The notes: generated from the letters alone by a model not told the origin. A DNA stretch of 62,724 bases, filler included, from Chiloscyllium plagiosum (GCF_004010195.1; 5 parts of one record of this genome joined end to end with filler, not necessarily neighbours in it); one strand, 5' to 3'; positions 24,815 through 37,192 are shown, counted from the first letter of the whole stretch. Made by a program: numbers and translations.

Positions 24815-25539
24815 CCACGATCGGGGAGTGGGGCTGAGAACCAATTTGTACCTCAAACGGGAAGTGTCAGACCAGGCCAAAGACACAATTTAAAAGGTAT
24901 ACCGATTGTAATGTCTAACTTTCTACTGTACTGAGTTAAAAAAAATTTAAGTGCATGTCTGTGGAGAATAACTGTTAACTGTATTAACTGTTGTAAGAAC
25001 CTGCTGCTTGTGCTGGAACTGCCAGAGGACAAGGTAGTGCCTGTCTCAAAGATCCTACCCTAAACTGGTTGTTAAGAAGGGTTGCTCCCTCACGCAAAGG
25101 TTGGGATTTGAAGTGGGAATTGAGGCATCAAGGGAACTAGGAGTTGTGAAGCACAAGTGGCAAAGTCAGGTAACATTGGACTCTGTAGGGGTGAACAACG
25201 CACAGTCCAGTTAGAGTTTAAGTTAAAAGTTGGTGCTGTTTGTATTTGTAATTTCCAATGTGGTGAAGAAGAGAAGCTGATCATTCTGACCAAGAGCCAA
25301 ACCTCAGTGGAGCGCATGTTACCAAGGTGGGGAGTGTGGACACTGTGAGTAACCGTGATACCCTGTCAGTCCGTAGTAGGACGACAGAGCTTGAATAGTG
25401 GCGATGGCCGGTAGGGTAAAGAGTCCCACCAGTAGAGAGCACACCTTGCTAGGAGTCTGCTACAGCCGTACAGACAGTGCTAGGACAGTGTTATTGGCCG
25501 GGGGTAGAGAAATCCCCACTAGTTAGGAACACTTTACTA

Positions 25540-26530
25540 TTGGGGGTATCTGCTAAATGCAGGTTTCCTTACTGAGAAATACAAGGCAGACAGACAAGGG
25601 TTGACAGAGCAAATGAAGAAAAATGGTTGGGATCCATTCCAGACATTAGCACAACAGAGAGGGTGGATAGATAAGCAAAAACGAAATAAAACAAAAAAGA
25701 TAGGGGTAATGTTAATGTACCAATTACCAGGCCTAATTGAACAAGCAGGTGCTTCCACTAGCAGGTGGAGAAAAGGCAGAGAACGAATTGAGGGGCTGGA
25801 GGACAGGATAAAGGAGCTAAAACAAAGATTAGAAAAAGTAGAGAAGGAAAGGGGGAATTGACTGTCCCCTCCTACGAAACCGTCCAGCAGGGACCAACTG
25901 CTCCCTCTATTGGACGAACCATGCAAGAGTATAACTTAGCACCCATTACCAGAGAAGGAACAGACTTACAACCCAAAGTGAATTATGAACCCTTCACCCC
26001 TGGGGAGAGGCAGCAAATTATGGCCTCCCGGGGCAAATTATAGCTCTGGAGTGCAAACACCAGATTCTGGTAAGAGCGGGATAGTGTATGGATAGGGCAC
26101 CAACTACACCTGAGGGACATACACCAGCTGGTCCGGGCAGCTTGCCCAGCGGACGAGTGGAGAAAGGTACCTGGCAGACCCGATGCCACAGCAGCCCGAG
26201 ACTTTAGGGGAGGACGGTGGACATTGCCCTCACAGTTGAGATAGATGCCCAGCAGGCCCCCTTCGCCAATTTTAAAGGAGTTGTGCAGAGGGTGCTAGGA
26301 AATGTTCCCACAAACTGAAGCAAGATCACAAACACTAAGCAACTTAAAGAGGAAGGAGCCTCTGAATATGGGGAATGATTATTTAGGGTCAATCAAGAAT
26401 GCTCAGGGCAAGCAAACCCAGATCGGGTTCTAATCAATTGATTTGGCCCAGACAGGACGGTCGAAAGACCGAGATTGGGAAACTTACAAGTCACCTTGAA
26501 ACTATTAAAGTGGCTACAGTCACCAGTAGG
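25540..26530 (+). pseudogene. gag: ERV gag remnant
   Basis: Broken ORFs 25601-25861 (coiled coil RERIEGLEDRIKELKQRLEKVEKE) and 25858-26043 (GPTAP), CA-like LHLRDIHQLVRAACP, and MHR-like ITNTKQLKEEGASEYGE*L near 26325-26382. Confidence 0.7.
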
Positions 26531-26599
26531 GACTGGAACCTCAAAGGTGGGGGGGGGGGGGAGGAATTCAGAGCCAACTGCGCCTCTGTCTCCAGACCA

Positions 26600-28310
26600 T
26601 GGGCAGGAACAAAGTTAGATACAGGTCCAGTTAACATCGACCCGGTAAGGGTTCCTGGACCAGAGCATAAGCCCTACTGGCAATACCCAATAAAACCCGA
26701 AACAGAACAAGCAGTTAGTGAAAGGACTCGTGAAACAGGGAATCCTGAAAGAAACCACAAGTACAACTAATTCCCTGATGTGGCCAGTAATAAAGCCTGA
26801 TGGGAGCTCACCATTGATTATACAGGACTAAATAAGGCCACCCCCAAATTGCACCCCATTGTAGCAGACCCCTCCACCATTTTAAATGGCTTAGCCCCCG
26901 AACACAAGATTTTTACTGTTTTAGACATAGCCCATGGACTCTGACCTATCCCGTTACAACTTGAGTCCCAGAATAAATTCACTTTTACAGTAAGGGACAG
27001 GCAGTATACATGGACTCACTTGCCACAAGGGTTTCACAACAGCCCCACTATTTTTGACAGGGTGATGAGCGACATTCTGAAGAGAATAGATTTACCAGAG
27101 GGTAGTACTGCCCTCCAATAGGTAGATGATATTCTAATTGCCTCCGAGTCCGAGTAAGGACACCTAGAAGCTTTATATCTAGTAATACAGGAATTTGCAA
27201 CCACAGGGTTAAAAGTTAGCCCCACAAAAGAACAAATTGGCAAACACTAGTCTTATACCTGGGACACCTTATATCCCAGGGACTCAAATAAATGTCCAAT
27301 GACTGCAAGAAGGCAATCCAACAGATGCCACGATCTGCCACTGTCAGCGGAGTCAGAAAGGTCACGGGGCTATTCAACTACAGGCGGAGCTTTATACCAG
27401 AGTTCACAAAATTGGCTGAACTGATCCAGAGACTAATTAAAGGAGGCAAGCTTGCCTTGGAACCTGTAACCTGGGGGCCAGAACAGGAGGAGGCATACAG
27501 TCAGCTTAAAACTCAACTCATATCAGCTCCTGGGCTAGGGCTGCCAAATCCCAGCAAGGATTTTCACATCCACTATAATAATGAGGGAGGATTTTACTCC
27601 GCAGTGGTCACCCAAAACCATGGTAGCAGGAGAAGACCCGTAGGAAATTATTCAACTACAGAAGGGTCAGTAGTCACCGGGTTGCTCAATTTCATAGCAG
27701 TGCTACTTGGGTCGTTAGGGTTAGTGAACCAATATTAATGACAGGGAATGTCATCCTCCACACTAAACACACCCTAGTAGAGATGCTAAACACAGGGAAA
27801 TTGAGGGCCATCTCCAATGTGAGAAGGGCAAAGTGGGAGGCAGTTCTTTTACCCCCAAGTCAGTCTGTGGTAATAGCTAAGGGTACAGGAGATTACCCAG
27901 CTGAGGGAACTCTGGACGCAAAGGAACCACACAATGTGGGGATATAGATGGGGAGAGTAAAAGATACCTCCCTAGCCATAACCAAGGAGACCCACTTTGT
28001 GGACGGGTCACGAAAATATGTAGCAGGATGGACCCGAACAGGATGGGCTGTGGTAACTGATAAGTTAGAAACAGTTATGTCTGGAAGGATTGATGGAAGT
28101 CAGTCCGCACAGGTAGCAGAAGTGCAGGAAGAGAGAAAGCAATGGAAACTGCAGGGAGCATTCAAAGGGAACAATGGTGTCTGGAGGTAACACCAGCGTG
28201 TATACAGAACACATTGCTTGAACTACACCAGGGGTTCTCCCATACAGGTAGGCCATGAACAAGCCTAGGGAGAGAGTGGCGGTGGAAGGGAATGAGAAGA
28301 GACATGGCCA
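26600..28310 (+). pseudogene. pol: ERV pol remnant (RT, tether, RNase H, partial IN)
   Basis: QYPIKPE, LHPIVADPSTILNGL, FTVLDIAHG, YTWTHLPQGFHNSP (27020-27046), Q*VDD (27116-27130), YLGH, GLFNY.RSFIPEF, APGLGLPN, FVDGS (near 28000), SAQVAE. Multiple stops and frameshifts. Confidence 0.9.
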
Positions 28311-28399
28311 TTCAGGAAATAAATATAGAATAGGAGTCTAAAAATGGCTAAAGATTGTGAGAGGAATTCATCTCAAAAATGAATTAGAAGATCTGTATA

Positions 28400-29460
28400 G
28401 CCTTGCATATGGTGTCTGTATTAAAACAGGTACTTCAAGAAATTGTATTAGGAGGAATCAGACGTAGCGTTTATTGAGATAAGACTGCAGAAGAATCAGA
28501 ACTAGGAATTGAACATATGAACATATAAATTAGGAGCAGGCGTAGGCCACTCAGCCTCTTGAGTATGAAAACATAATCTTTGGAGGGTGTAAAATATTTA
28601 GAAAAGACACAGAGGGATAGTGAGATGGAGCAGCTGTATTTACTGAGATACATAGGCATGACTACAAAGGTAGAATCCATGTGAATGGAGAGAAAAGAAC
28701 ATAAAGGATCAATCACAATAAATGGACAGGAGGTGGAAGATGTAATGCAACCAAAACAACAATAATAAAGGATAATAATTATGGGGGATGGGATTGCATG
28801 GTCTTTGAACTATAGTAGATCGAAGAGATAAGTAAGAGAGAAAGAAATGAAATTCATACATTGTGTGCAAAACACCTTTCTAACCAAACGCATAAAAACT
28901 AACAAGGAAAGATTTACCATGAGGATCTACTATTGAAAAATAAAAAGACAAGATTAGATAAAATAAGTAAAAGTAGAGAAATATTGAAGTCCCACCTGCT
29001 CTAGAGGTGTCAATAATTTTACTAAACAGGTCGATTAAACAATATGAGAGACATCAAGGCATTATTGACTATTATATCATTCATTTTTAAGATGATAGCA
29101 GGATGGTTATTAAAGAAGTGGGGGTAATAGATTGAAGTAAAATGAACTTTGAGGTGCTTATTAGTATTTGGGAAAATAAAATGGACAATAGTATTGATTT
29201 TAAAAATAATGTAGAATAACAATGGAAAACATTGATAACGATGTTCAACAAAGTGCAGGAAAATATGCTGTGCTCGAAGGAAGGAACAAATAAACATTGG
29301 TGTGGAATTATGGATCAATAAATATATAAGACAGCAACTAATGATCAGGAAAGAATGATATAAATATATAAAATTATGAGAGACATGGGTAAGGTGGATA
29401 GAGTCTTTTTTCCAGGATGGAAATGTAAAATAGTAGGGGACATAGGTTTAAGTTGAGAGG
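28400..29460 (+). mobile_element. Highly degraded CR1-like LINE (endonuclease region and later fragments)
   Basis: IIIMGD-like ATAATAATTATGGGGGAT, FIHCVQNTFL, and CR1 C-terminal GGGGACATAGGTTTAAG. Confidence 0.45.
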
Positions 29461-29464
29461 GGCA

Positions 29465-29685
29465 AACTACGCTCTCGGATTAATGTGTTCAACACACGGC
29501 GTGACATCGAAAATTCTTCCGCTGCCTTCGCCTCCGCGCCTACTTCTTCAACCAAGACTCTCGCCCACCCTCTGACGACCCCTTCTCATGCCTCCAACAC
29601 ACCCCATCCACCTGGACACCCCGTGCTGGCCTCCTACCTGACCTCGACCTCTTCATAGCCAACTGCCGCCGCGATATTAACAGCC
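29465..29685 (+). mobile_element. Penelope-like element ORF fragment (pre-RT region)
   Basis: FFRCLRLRAYFFNQDSRPPSDDPFS.LQHTPSTWTP..LDLFIANCRRDI; CpG-rich; ends at a gap. Confidence 0.7.
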
Positions 29686-29785
29686 NNNNNNNNNNNNNNN
29701 NNNNNNNNNNNNNNNNNNNNNNNNNNNNNTTAATTAATTAANNNNNNNNNNNNNNNNNNNNNNNNNNNNNNNNNNNNNNNNNNNN

Positions 29786-29901
29786 GAGAACGCTGGTAAG
29801 TGGAGCTGAAATGCGCATCATCCATGATTGAATGGCGGAGTGGACTCGATGGGCCGAATGGCCTTACTTCCACTCCTATGTCTTATGGTCTTATGGTCTT
29901 A
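29786..29901 (+). mobile_element. CR1 3' end (same subfamily as 1-217)
   Basis: GATGGGCCGAATGGCCTTACTTCC and (TCTTATGG)n. Confidence 0.85.
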
Positions 29902-30545
29902 TGCTTGAAGAGGACATCATCGAACCAAGCCAGATCGAGTGGACTTTGCTGATTGTCTTAGTTCCCAAACCAGATGGAACTCAGCAATTCTGCATGGATT
30001 ATCAGAAGCTCAAAATTCGACTCATATCTAATTCCTAGATTGGAGGATTGTATCGAGAAAGTTGGACAAGCCAGTTACATCACCAAGTTGGACTTAATAC
30101 ATGGTTTCTGGCAGGTACCTTTATCAGAGGTGGCGAATGAAAACTCTGCGTTTGTAACCCCAAATGGGCTATCTCAGTTTAAAGTGATGTCCTTTGGAAT
30201 GAAGAACACACCCGTCACATTCCAAAGACTCAGCAACAGAGTTGTGACTGGGTTAACAAACTGTGCAGTCTATTTGGATGATGTAGTGATCTTTACTAAG
30301 TCCTGGAAAGATCAAATGGTACAGTTGGCAGAGCTCATTGAACAACTACGAGAAGCGAAACTCGTGACAAACTTAAATAAAACTGAATTCATGAAAGCAG
30401 AGGTGACGTTCTTGGGACATAACATGGGTCATAGAAGGTTGACCCCACGGAACACAAAGACGGAGGCCATTGAGGAATTTCCACAACCAACCTTGAAGAA
30501 AGAGGTGCTTCAATTCTTAGACTCAGCCAATTTTATCAGAAGTTT

Positions 30546-30626
30546 AGATCAGAGTGGTGCTGGAAAAGCACAGCAGGTTAGGCAGCAGAGGAGCAGGAAA
30601 ATCAACGTTTCGGGCAAAAGCCCTTA
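30546..30626 (-). mobile_element. Short Penelope-like family B insertion inside the Gypsy RT
   Basis: AACGTTTCGGGCAAAAGCCCT; TSD AATTTTATC(A/G)GAAGTTT at 30529-30545 and 30627-30643. Confidence 0.8.
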
Positions 30627-31345
30627 AATTTTATCGGAAGTTTGATCCAAACTTCAGCGGTGTAGTGGCACTGTTAACCAATTTGCTGAAGAAGAACACA
30701 AAGTTTCGGTGGACAGAACCATGCCAGGAGGCATTCGACCATTGGAAAGCCATGTTAACCACCAAACCAGTTTTAGCTACATCAAACTTTTCAAAACTTT
30801 TTAAAGTCGCCATCGATGTTAGTGACATAGGGGTTGGAGCTGTACTCCTGCAGGAAGATGAGGATGGGATTGAGCTGCCAGTTGGTTATTTTTCAAAGAA
30901 GATCAACATCTACCAGAGGAAATACTCCACAATGGAAAAGGAAACTATTGATTTGGTATTGGCCTGACAACATATTAATGTGTATGTCACGATCAATGTA
31001 TTGGAGATGATTGAGTACATGGATCGCAATTGGCTTACATTCTTAGAACACTTTAAAGACTAGAAACTGAGACTATTTCATTGGAGTCTTATGTTACAGA
31101 CTTTTAATTTAAAAATTGTACATGTTGCGGGTTCTAAGAATGTAATTGCAGATGCATTATCACTGATTTAACTGATAAAGTTTAGATGAGATTTGTATTT
31201 TTACTGTTTTATATATATATATTTATTTGGGAAGAAGTTAAGGTGAACTTAGATTAAAGTTATCTGTATGTGAGAGTAATGTTTTCAATGAAAAATAAAG
31301 CCATCTTTTCATTATGATGGTTCATTTTTTTCTTAAGTGGGGAGG

Positions 31346-32027
31346 TGTTATGAAGGTGTAGAAATGTACTGTACCTTTAAGAGAGTGAAGGAGTTGATAG
31401 GTACACCGAGTGCTGGAGAATTTACAATGTCATGTTTGGTTCAGAACAGCTAGCACTGGCTGAGTTGCTATGAGACAAAAACAAATTTGAATTCGACCAA
31501 TCAATTTAAATTATACCTCAAAAAATACAAAATTCCAATCAAGTTTGAATTTAGTATATTGACAATCTTAAAGGCAATGACACGCTTTGGGGGTATAAGA
31601 TTGTGGAAATTTGAACAGTTGAGAGGAGAACTGCCAAGCCACCAGCATGTAAAGACTTCCCGAAAAAATAACTCTCTTTAATGTACCTCTATCTTTCAGT
31701 AACCTGTGAAGCAAAATCCCCAAGAAGAAGAAAAGAAGAAAGGAATACAGAGAAGAACTGAAAGCTGACTGGTTTTGAGATAAGAACTTTTGTAAATCTT
31801 AATTGGGATTTTTATTGGACCAGTATTGTAGAGAGGAAAGTAAAAGATACGTTAGAGGAAGGAGTTGTCAGTTAATTGTTTTCGGTTATATTTTAAGAAA
31901 TAAAGTTGTTGATTTTTACTTTAAATAGTTCTTGGCCTCTCGAATTTTCACAGATTTTTTAATGGGATAAATAATTTCTGTATTGCTGGTTTAAATTAAG
32001 CAGTGGGGTTTACCCCGTGTCAAAACA
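31346..32027 (+). repeat. 3' LTR of the Gmr1-like element (682 bp)
   Basis: TGTTATGA...TCAAAACA ends, TATAAG 31594, AATAAA 31899-31904. Confidence 0.75.
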
Positions 32028-33590
32028 TTTGCTTATTGTTAACACAATCTCCAATGTTCTTAAATAGGCTTCCCATAATTCTTATTCAACATAAGTTTTG
32101 CTAGTCTGACTGTTAAATGGTTCTAATTAACAAGGAGGAGTTTGATGTAGACAGCCTTTATTTGGACATATTATGAACCATCTTCAGGATGGGTGGGACT
32201 TGAACCTGGACTTTGTGCCCAGAGGTAGGAACTCTACCACAGCATCAGAAGTTCCCCAAAGTTCCTCATTATATGTGCTCAAGGTATATTATCAATCAAT
32301 GCTTTTCACCTCAGTATCTCTGACTTTAATGATAGATTGAATATACCATTAACAGAGATCCTCTCTAGACTTGAACACCTAACTAGGTAAAAGTTTCCAT
32401 GTAGTATGATAGTGTGCAACATTGTCAAGTATATTGTAAGTTGAACTGTATGTTAAATGCTCAAGTTAAGGAGCAATGAATTGTTTTGGTTTCTTGGCTA
32501 TCATTCTTCAAAAACTCAGCCATTTGTAGAATCTGACTGTGCAATTTGGGTGCTATTTTTCCTTAAAAATCAATTGTGACTGCAGTTCAAACATAATTAA
32601 TTGTTTGTGAGAATCTAGGTGATGTGAAAAGCACTATAAGTTTTTTCGAATAAAAACTCTTGTTTTTTTTGCTAACTCTGGAGTTTATATAAGTTATTGC
32701 CAATACATCGAATGATTTACCCATTGCCTCCTCCTGACATTTTTAGTGATGACATGTTTTGAAATATTTTTAAATATGTAGACACTGTTGTTGATATTTT
32801 AGAATCTTTAAGTTGTTCTTTTGCACTCAGTTCACATTATTCTTGCAGCTAATACTCATCCACCTGCTACTCGCTGACTTCATGCATAAGCAACTTAATT
32901 AAAAGATGACAAAACATGGAAAATGTATACTATATTTAGTTATAAAACAGTCTTGTTCAACCTAACAACTGTTTACGATTGGATTGATAGTTCATAACAG
33001 TATGGAGTAAGCAAGTGAAGTTCTTGTGCATCTGAAGTGTTCCATTATCAACATCATTATTCACTGCATTTCATGAGATTTTCTAAATACATTTTAACAA
33101 TCAATTGCCAAATTCTTGAGGAATGGAGCACATAATTTAAGAACGTTTCTCATTGTTATTCATGGGACCTTTGACTGCTTCTATTCCCCATGTTAAATAT
33201 GATTGTTTATAAAATTACTTTAGCAGTTGCAAAATCTTTTTGCATAGCCTAAGAATGTGTAAATAGTTATGTAAATGCCATTTACTTCCTTGCATGGGAC
33301 AGCTGGAATCTGAGAGTGGGCTACAATAGGTTGAGGGCTGAGGCAAGAAACACCCAATTCTATGTTAGTGGTTGTTGGCCACTTACAGATATGAAATGTA
33401 CTGCCAAAGAATGTGATGGAGACAGATATAATCAGGGCTTTCAAAGGGGGATTGGATCTATCTGAAAAGGAAGAAAAGTAAGGAGAGGATGTGAGTGAAA
33501 TCTGTTGAGTTGCTCTTATCAGGAGCTTGCACAGTCATAATGGACTATTGAATCTCTTTCTATGCTATACCGTTCTATGGTACTTTGAGG

Positions 33591-34481
33591 TATAATGTAA
33601 AATGTGTGATTTATCCATATTAAAAGGTTTTGGTCTGTGGAAAGGAGGAAGTTTAATAATTAACTTGTCAGCCTTTATGGAGCCATGAATTTTAAAACCA
33701 GTATATGTAAAAGAGATATTTCTGAAGTGGCAATGGGAATTTGCTTGCATTGTAATAGTATTACAATCAATGAGAATAAACCTCGAAAAGCTTGTTTTTG
33801 ATTTAGAAGATGTGGACTGGTTGGGCCAAAGGGCCTGATTCCACACTGTAGGGGACCTAATCTAATCTAATCTAATCAGGAGATTTTATTTGCTTAAGAG
33901 AATAAAAGATGGATTGGAAAACTTTTGGTTTCAGCTTGCAGAATGCCTAACTAAGGTTAGATGTAGGAACACTCTCTCCTAGAGAAAGGAATAAGTTCAG
34001 AACAGTTCGGAAATAGGTTACCTCAAAGTAAGCGTTATAGTCAAGTGTTCAGTTAGAAACCTGGCTAAGTTATTTGAAGCTAAGAAAGTATGACTAATCA
34101 GGTAAAAGACAATCAAATTCCCAAGAATAGGAGATGTAAGAAACAGTTAAGTCAAACCTATACTTCCTGACAGAGAAGGGGACTCCCTCTCTAGTATTTG
34201 AACATTATAAAGTAACAGTATTGGGAATAGACAGGATTGTATTTTGCCATGTGCTGTAAAATCTTTCAAATTGTGATACATGTAAATAGCTTGGTTTGTT
34301 CTATTTTGTCTTCATTTATTTTGCATAGTAAACTTTGTTTTTTTTGCTGAAGATAAATTTGCAGCATTGTGTGCTTATATTTCAATGTAAGGCCTCCATG
34401 TCATTTATTTTAAAAAAATATGATAAATTAAATTGGATTTCAGTCTCCTGTCGAGAACTACCATCAACTGGGATCATGACA
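33591..34481 (+). repeat. Solo LTR candidate with 4-bp TSD
   Basis: GAGG|TATAATG...GGGATCATGACA|GAGG with imperfect terminal inverted repeats; contains a SINE 3' fragment at about 33808-33876. Confidence 0.55.
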
Positions 34482-34539
34482 GAGGTTGCAGTTGGCTTGG
34501 GGAGGCCCAATACTACAGAAGATGTCATTGTTAGTATTG

Positions 34540-34611
34540 AAGGAGCAGCGCTCTGAAAGCTCGTGCTTCCCAATAAACCTGTTGGACTATAACCTGGTGT
34601 GTGATTTTTAA
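34540..34611 (+). mobile_element. Short Penelope-like family A insertion
   Basis: AAGGAGCAGCGCTCTGAAAGCT..GGACTATAACC; TSD CATTGTT(A/G)GTATTG at 34526-34539 and 34612-34625. Confidence 0.8.
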
Positions 34612-34991
34612 CATTGTTGGTATTGGTTCTCATGTCAGACAACAATAACTTAAAATTTAATTTCTTTCTAAGCCTGTGACTGTTGAAGCCTTTCGCTGTA
34701 GCTCTAAGTGATTCTATAATTCCATGAGAAGTTGTAAATGTCCTGCTTTCTCATCATAAACAAAAAAATCAGTTTATGTAGTATTGGAGAAAACTTGGGA
34801 GTTTAATATTTCAACTATCTGTAACTTTTCACTATTCTGAAAACTATATTTATAACCAAATCAGCAGATCAGATTTATCTCTATTTGTGAAGTTACATGG
34901 ATAAGTAGAAGAGTTTTATTTGTTCTTTCCAAAATGATTGTAAGTGAATTGAAATTTCTTTTATTATTTTCTGGTGTATTTGCATGTGTGC

Positions 34992-36640
34992 TGTAAGATC
35001 AGAACCTCCCCCACTGGACCTTGGGATAAAAAGAAAAGAAAATATAAACTCTTGGATAAAGTGCTGCAACCAAACCTCAGCACAAATACACAGGGATTAA
35101 TTTCAGAGAGCACCTGTGAAGACAGATTCAATGTGGTCTAATTGCTCTCAGGACATTGGTGAAGGGAAATGACATCATTGGCCATTGCCTGATATAATCA
35201 GATTAATTGCCCAATAGGGGTCAGGTCACTGTTATTCTGATGAGTCTCCATTGAGGATTAAAATCGGTAATTCAAACCTTTGTCCATCTAAGGAATTGTT
35301 GCTGTGCCATCGCCAAGCAGGAGGAGAACCACTGTGAATTGATCATGGTGTGTGGACTGTTGTTTTTCATGGGAAAAACACCTTAACTGGCTGAACCTTA
35401 CATACTTTATAGAATCCCTACAGTATGGAAGGAGATTTGGCTTTTAGACATCCTGGGTCAACAGGAAAATGTTCGATAATGCTGGATATGAATCACTAAA
35501 GAAACTGAAGCAATATGGCTGCAGCTGAAAGAAAGGTCAGGGCTGGTCAGTCTGGCTCAGGCTTACAGTTAACACCAGGTTGATCAATCAAGTTAGGGAT
35601 TGTCAGTGTATCAACCAAATCATAATGACCATGGGGTTCTGCTGTCACAAGGAGGACTCATGGATGTACAGTTCTCAATGGAAGGACCAACCACATAGTA
35701 TTTGCAAATTATCAGCTAAATCTGAGGGGGTTGAGAGGTTAAGGTGACCTAAAAGTGTAACAATAAAAACCAGGGGTTTGGGCAGCACAGTGGCTCAGCA
35801 GTCATCACTGCTGACTTACAGCGCAAGTGACCCGGGTTTAATTCCACCCTTAGGCAACTGTCTGTGTGGGCTATCTCTGGGTGCTCCAGTTTCCTCCCAA
35901 GTCCAACAGTGTGCACGTTTAGTGGATTAGCATGGGACATACAGGGCTGCAAGGATGGGGGGGGGTGGATCTGGCTGGAATGATCTTCAGAGGGCCAGTG
36001 TTGGTTGAATGGGTCAAATAGCCTGCTTCCACATAGGAACTCTATGAAGTATGTAAGGTTTTGGCAGAAATGCAAGTTTTGCTTTTGGGTTTGCAAAAAG
36101 ATTTCTCTTCTAACCCATCAAGGAGCCAAGGTTAAATTGTGGAGCTATTTAAATTGGACAAATCAATGAAAGTGTTGTGTGATTTCAATAAGTTTAGACA
36201 TTCAGTATCAGGACATTAAGAGGTTTATTTTAATAAACAAACCTGTGGTTGAGCCAAATGCTGTATCTGTGTGATTTAGTTCTATATAAATCCTAAAGTC
36301 CAAGACCTATTGTAAGAGGAGGTTCTGGAAAAACTTGCAGCCCTGATAAGATAGGAGCAGACTGTGGAGAAGTTTAACCTGTAGTCTGCAGAAGTTTGGC
36401 TGTTGGTGGGGACAGTAGGGGGAAGTGGTTATAGTTGGTAAAATTGTTTGTATTGGGGAATGTTCTCCAACTTAGCAACTTCTGATTTTAACTGGAGCTA
36501 GTTATCTTGCTTGTAGACAGATCCCCCAGGGAATTGGGTTTCCAATTAACATATGATAATTGCTTAATTCAAGTAAAATTTTAACTGACTTTAATACTTA
36601 ATGGCACATATAATAGCTTCCTGAAAGCAAAATGACAGTA
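34992..36640 (+). repeat. Long LTR-like segment (uncertain)
   Basis: Starts TGTAAGATC, TATATAAA 36283-36290, AGTAAA 36572-36577. No clear 3' end or TSD. Confidence 0.3.
35778..36045 (+). mobile_element. HE1-type V-SINE (degraded)
   Basis: GGCAGCACAGTGGCTCAG head, GGTGCTCCAGTTTCCTCCC V-domain. Confidence 0.75.
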
Positions 36641-36679
36641 CAGTGGGGTTGATTCAAACTTGTGTAAAAGTACTAAAAA

Positions 36680-37003
36680 TAAAGGGTGGCACGGTGGCTC
36701 AGTGGGTAGCACTGCTGTCTCACAGCGCCAGGCACCCAAGTTTGATTCCCACCTTGGGTGACTGTGTGGAGTTTGCACATTCTCCCATGTCTGCATGGGT
36801 TTCCTCTGGGTGCTCTGGTTTCCTCTCACAATCCAAAGATGTGCAGGTCAGGTGAATTGGCCATGCTAAATTGCCTATAGGGTTAGGTACATTAGGCAGG
36901 GGTAAATGTAAGTGGGTCTGGGTGGGTTACTCTTCAGAGGGTCGGTGTGGACTTGTGGGCCGAAGGGCCTGTTCCCACATTGTAGGGAATCTAATCTAAT
37001 CTA
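36680..37003 (+). mobile_element. HE1-type V-SINE
   Basis: GGTGGCACGGTGGCTCAGTGG head, V-domain, (AATCT)n tail, AAGTACT TSD. Confidence 0.88.
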
Positions 37004-37192
37004 AGTACTCAGGCCTTGGGGCTCTTTCTGGGGTAGGTGGGACCTCTACAAACAGGATGGTCTTCATCTGAAGTAGAGGGGTGCCAATATCCTGGGGGGG
37101 AGCTCGCTAATGCGCTTCGGGTGGGATTAAATTAATTCAGCAGGGGAATGGGAACCAAAATTGTGCTTCAAGTATATGGGAGGTTGAGAGTA

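Larger units (their letters stand above)
23617..28310 (+). mobile_element. Defective endogenous retrovirus (5' LTR, PBS, gag, pol; PR, most of IN, env and 3' LTR missing)
   Basis: LTR-like block then a TGG-initiated PBS; Gag with PTAP and MHR; RT with LPQGFHNSP and *VDD; tether plus a second RNase H (FVDGS..SAQVAE); IN N-terminal LELHQGFSHTG. The LTR 5' boundary is uncertain and may extend upstream of the CR1 insertion to about 22918. Confidence 0.88.
29900..32027 (+). mobile_element. Gypsy LTR retrotransposon, Gmr1-like, 3' half (RT, RNase H, PPT, LTR)
   Basis: YITKLDL..GFWQVPL, MSFGMKN, VYLDD, FLGH, VDVSDIGVGAVL, KYSTMEKE, NVIADALSLI* (stop 31169-31171). No integrase between RNase H and the PPT AAGTGGGGAGG. 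Confidence 0.85.
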
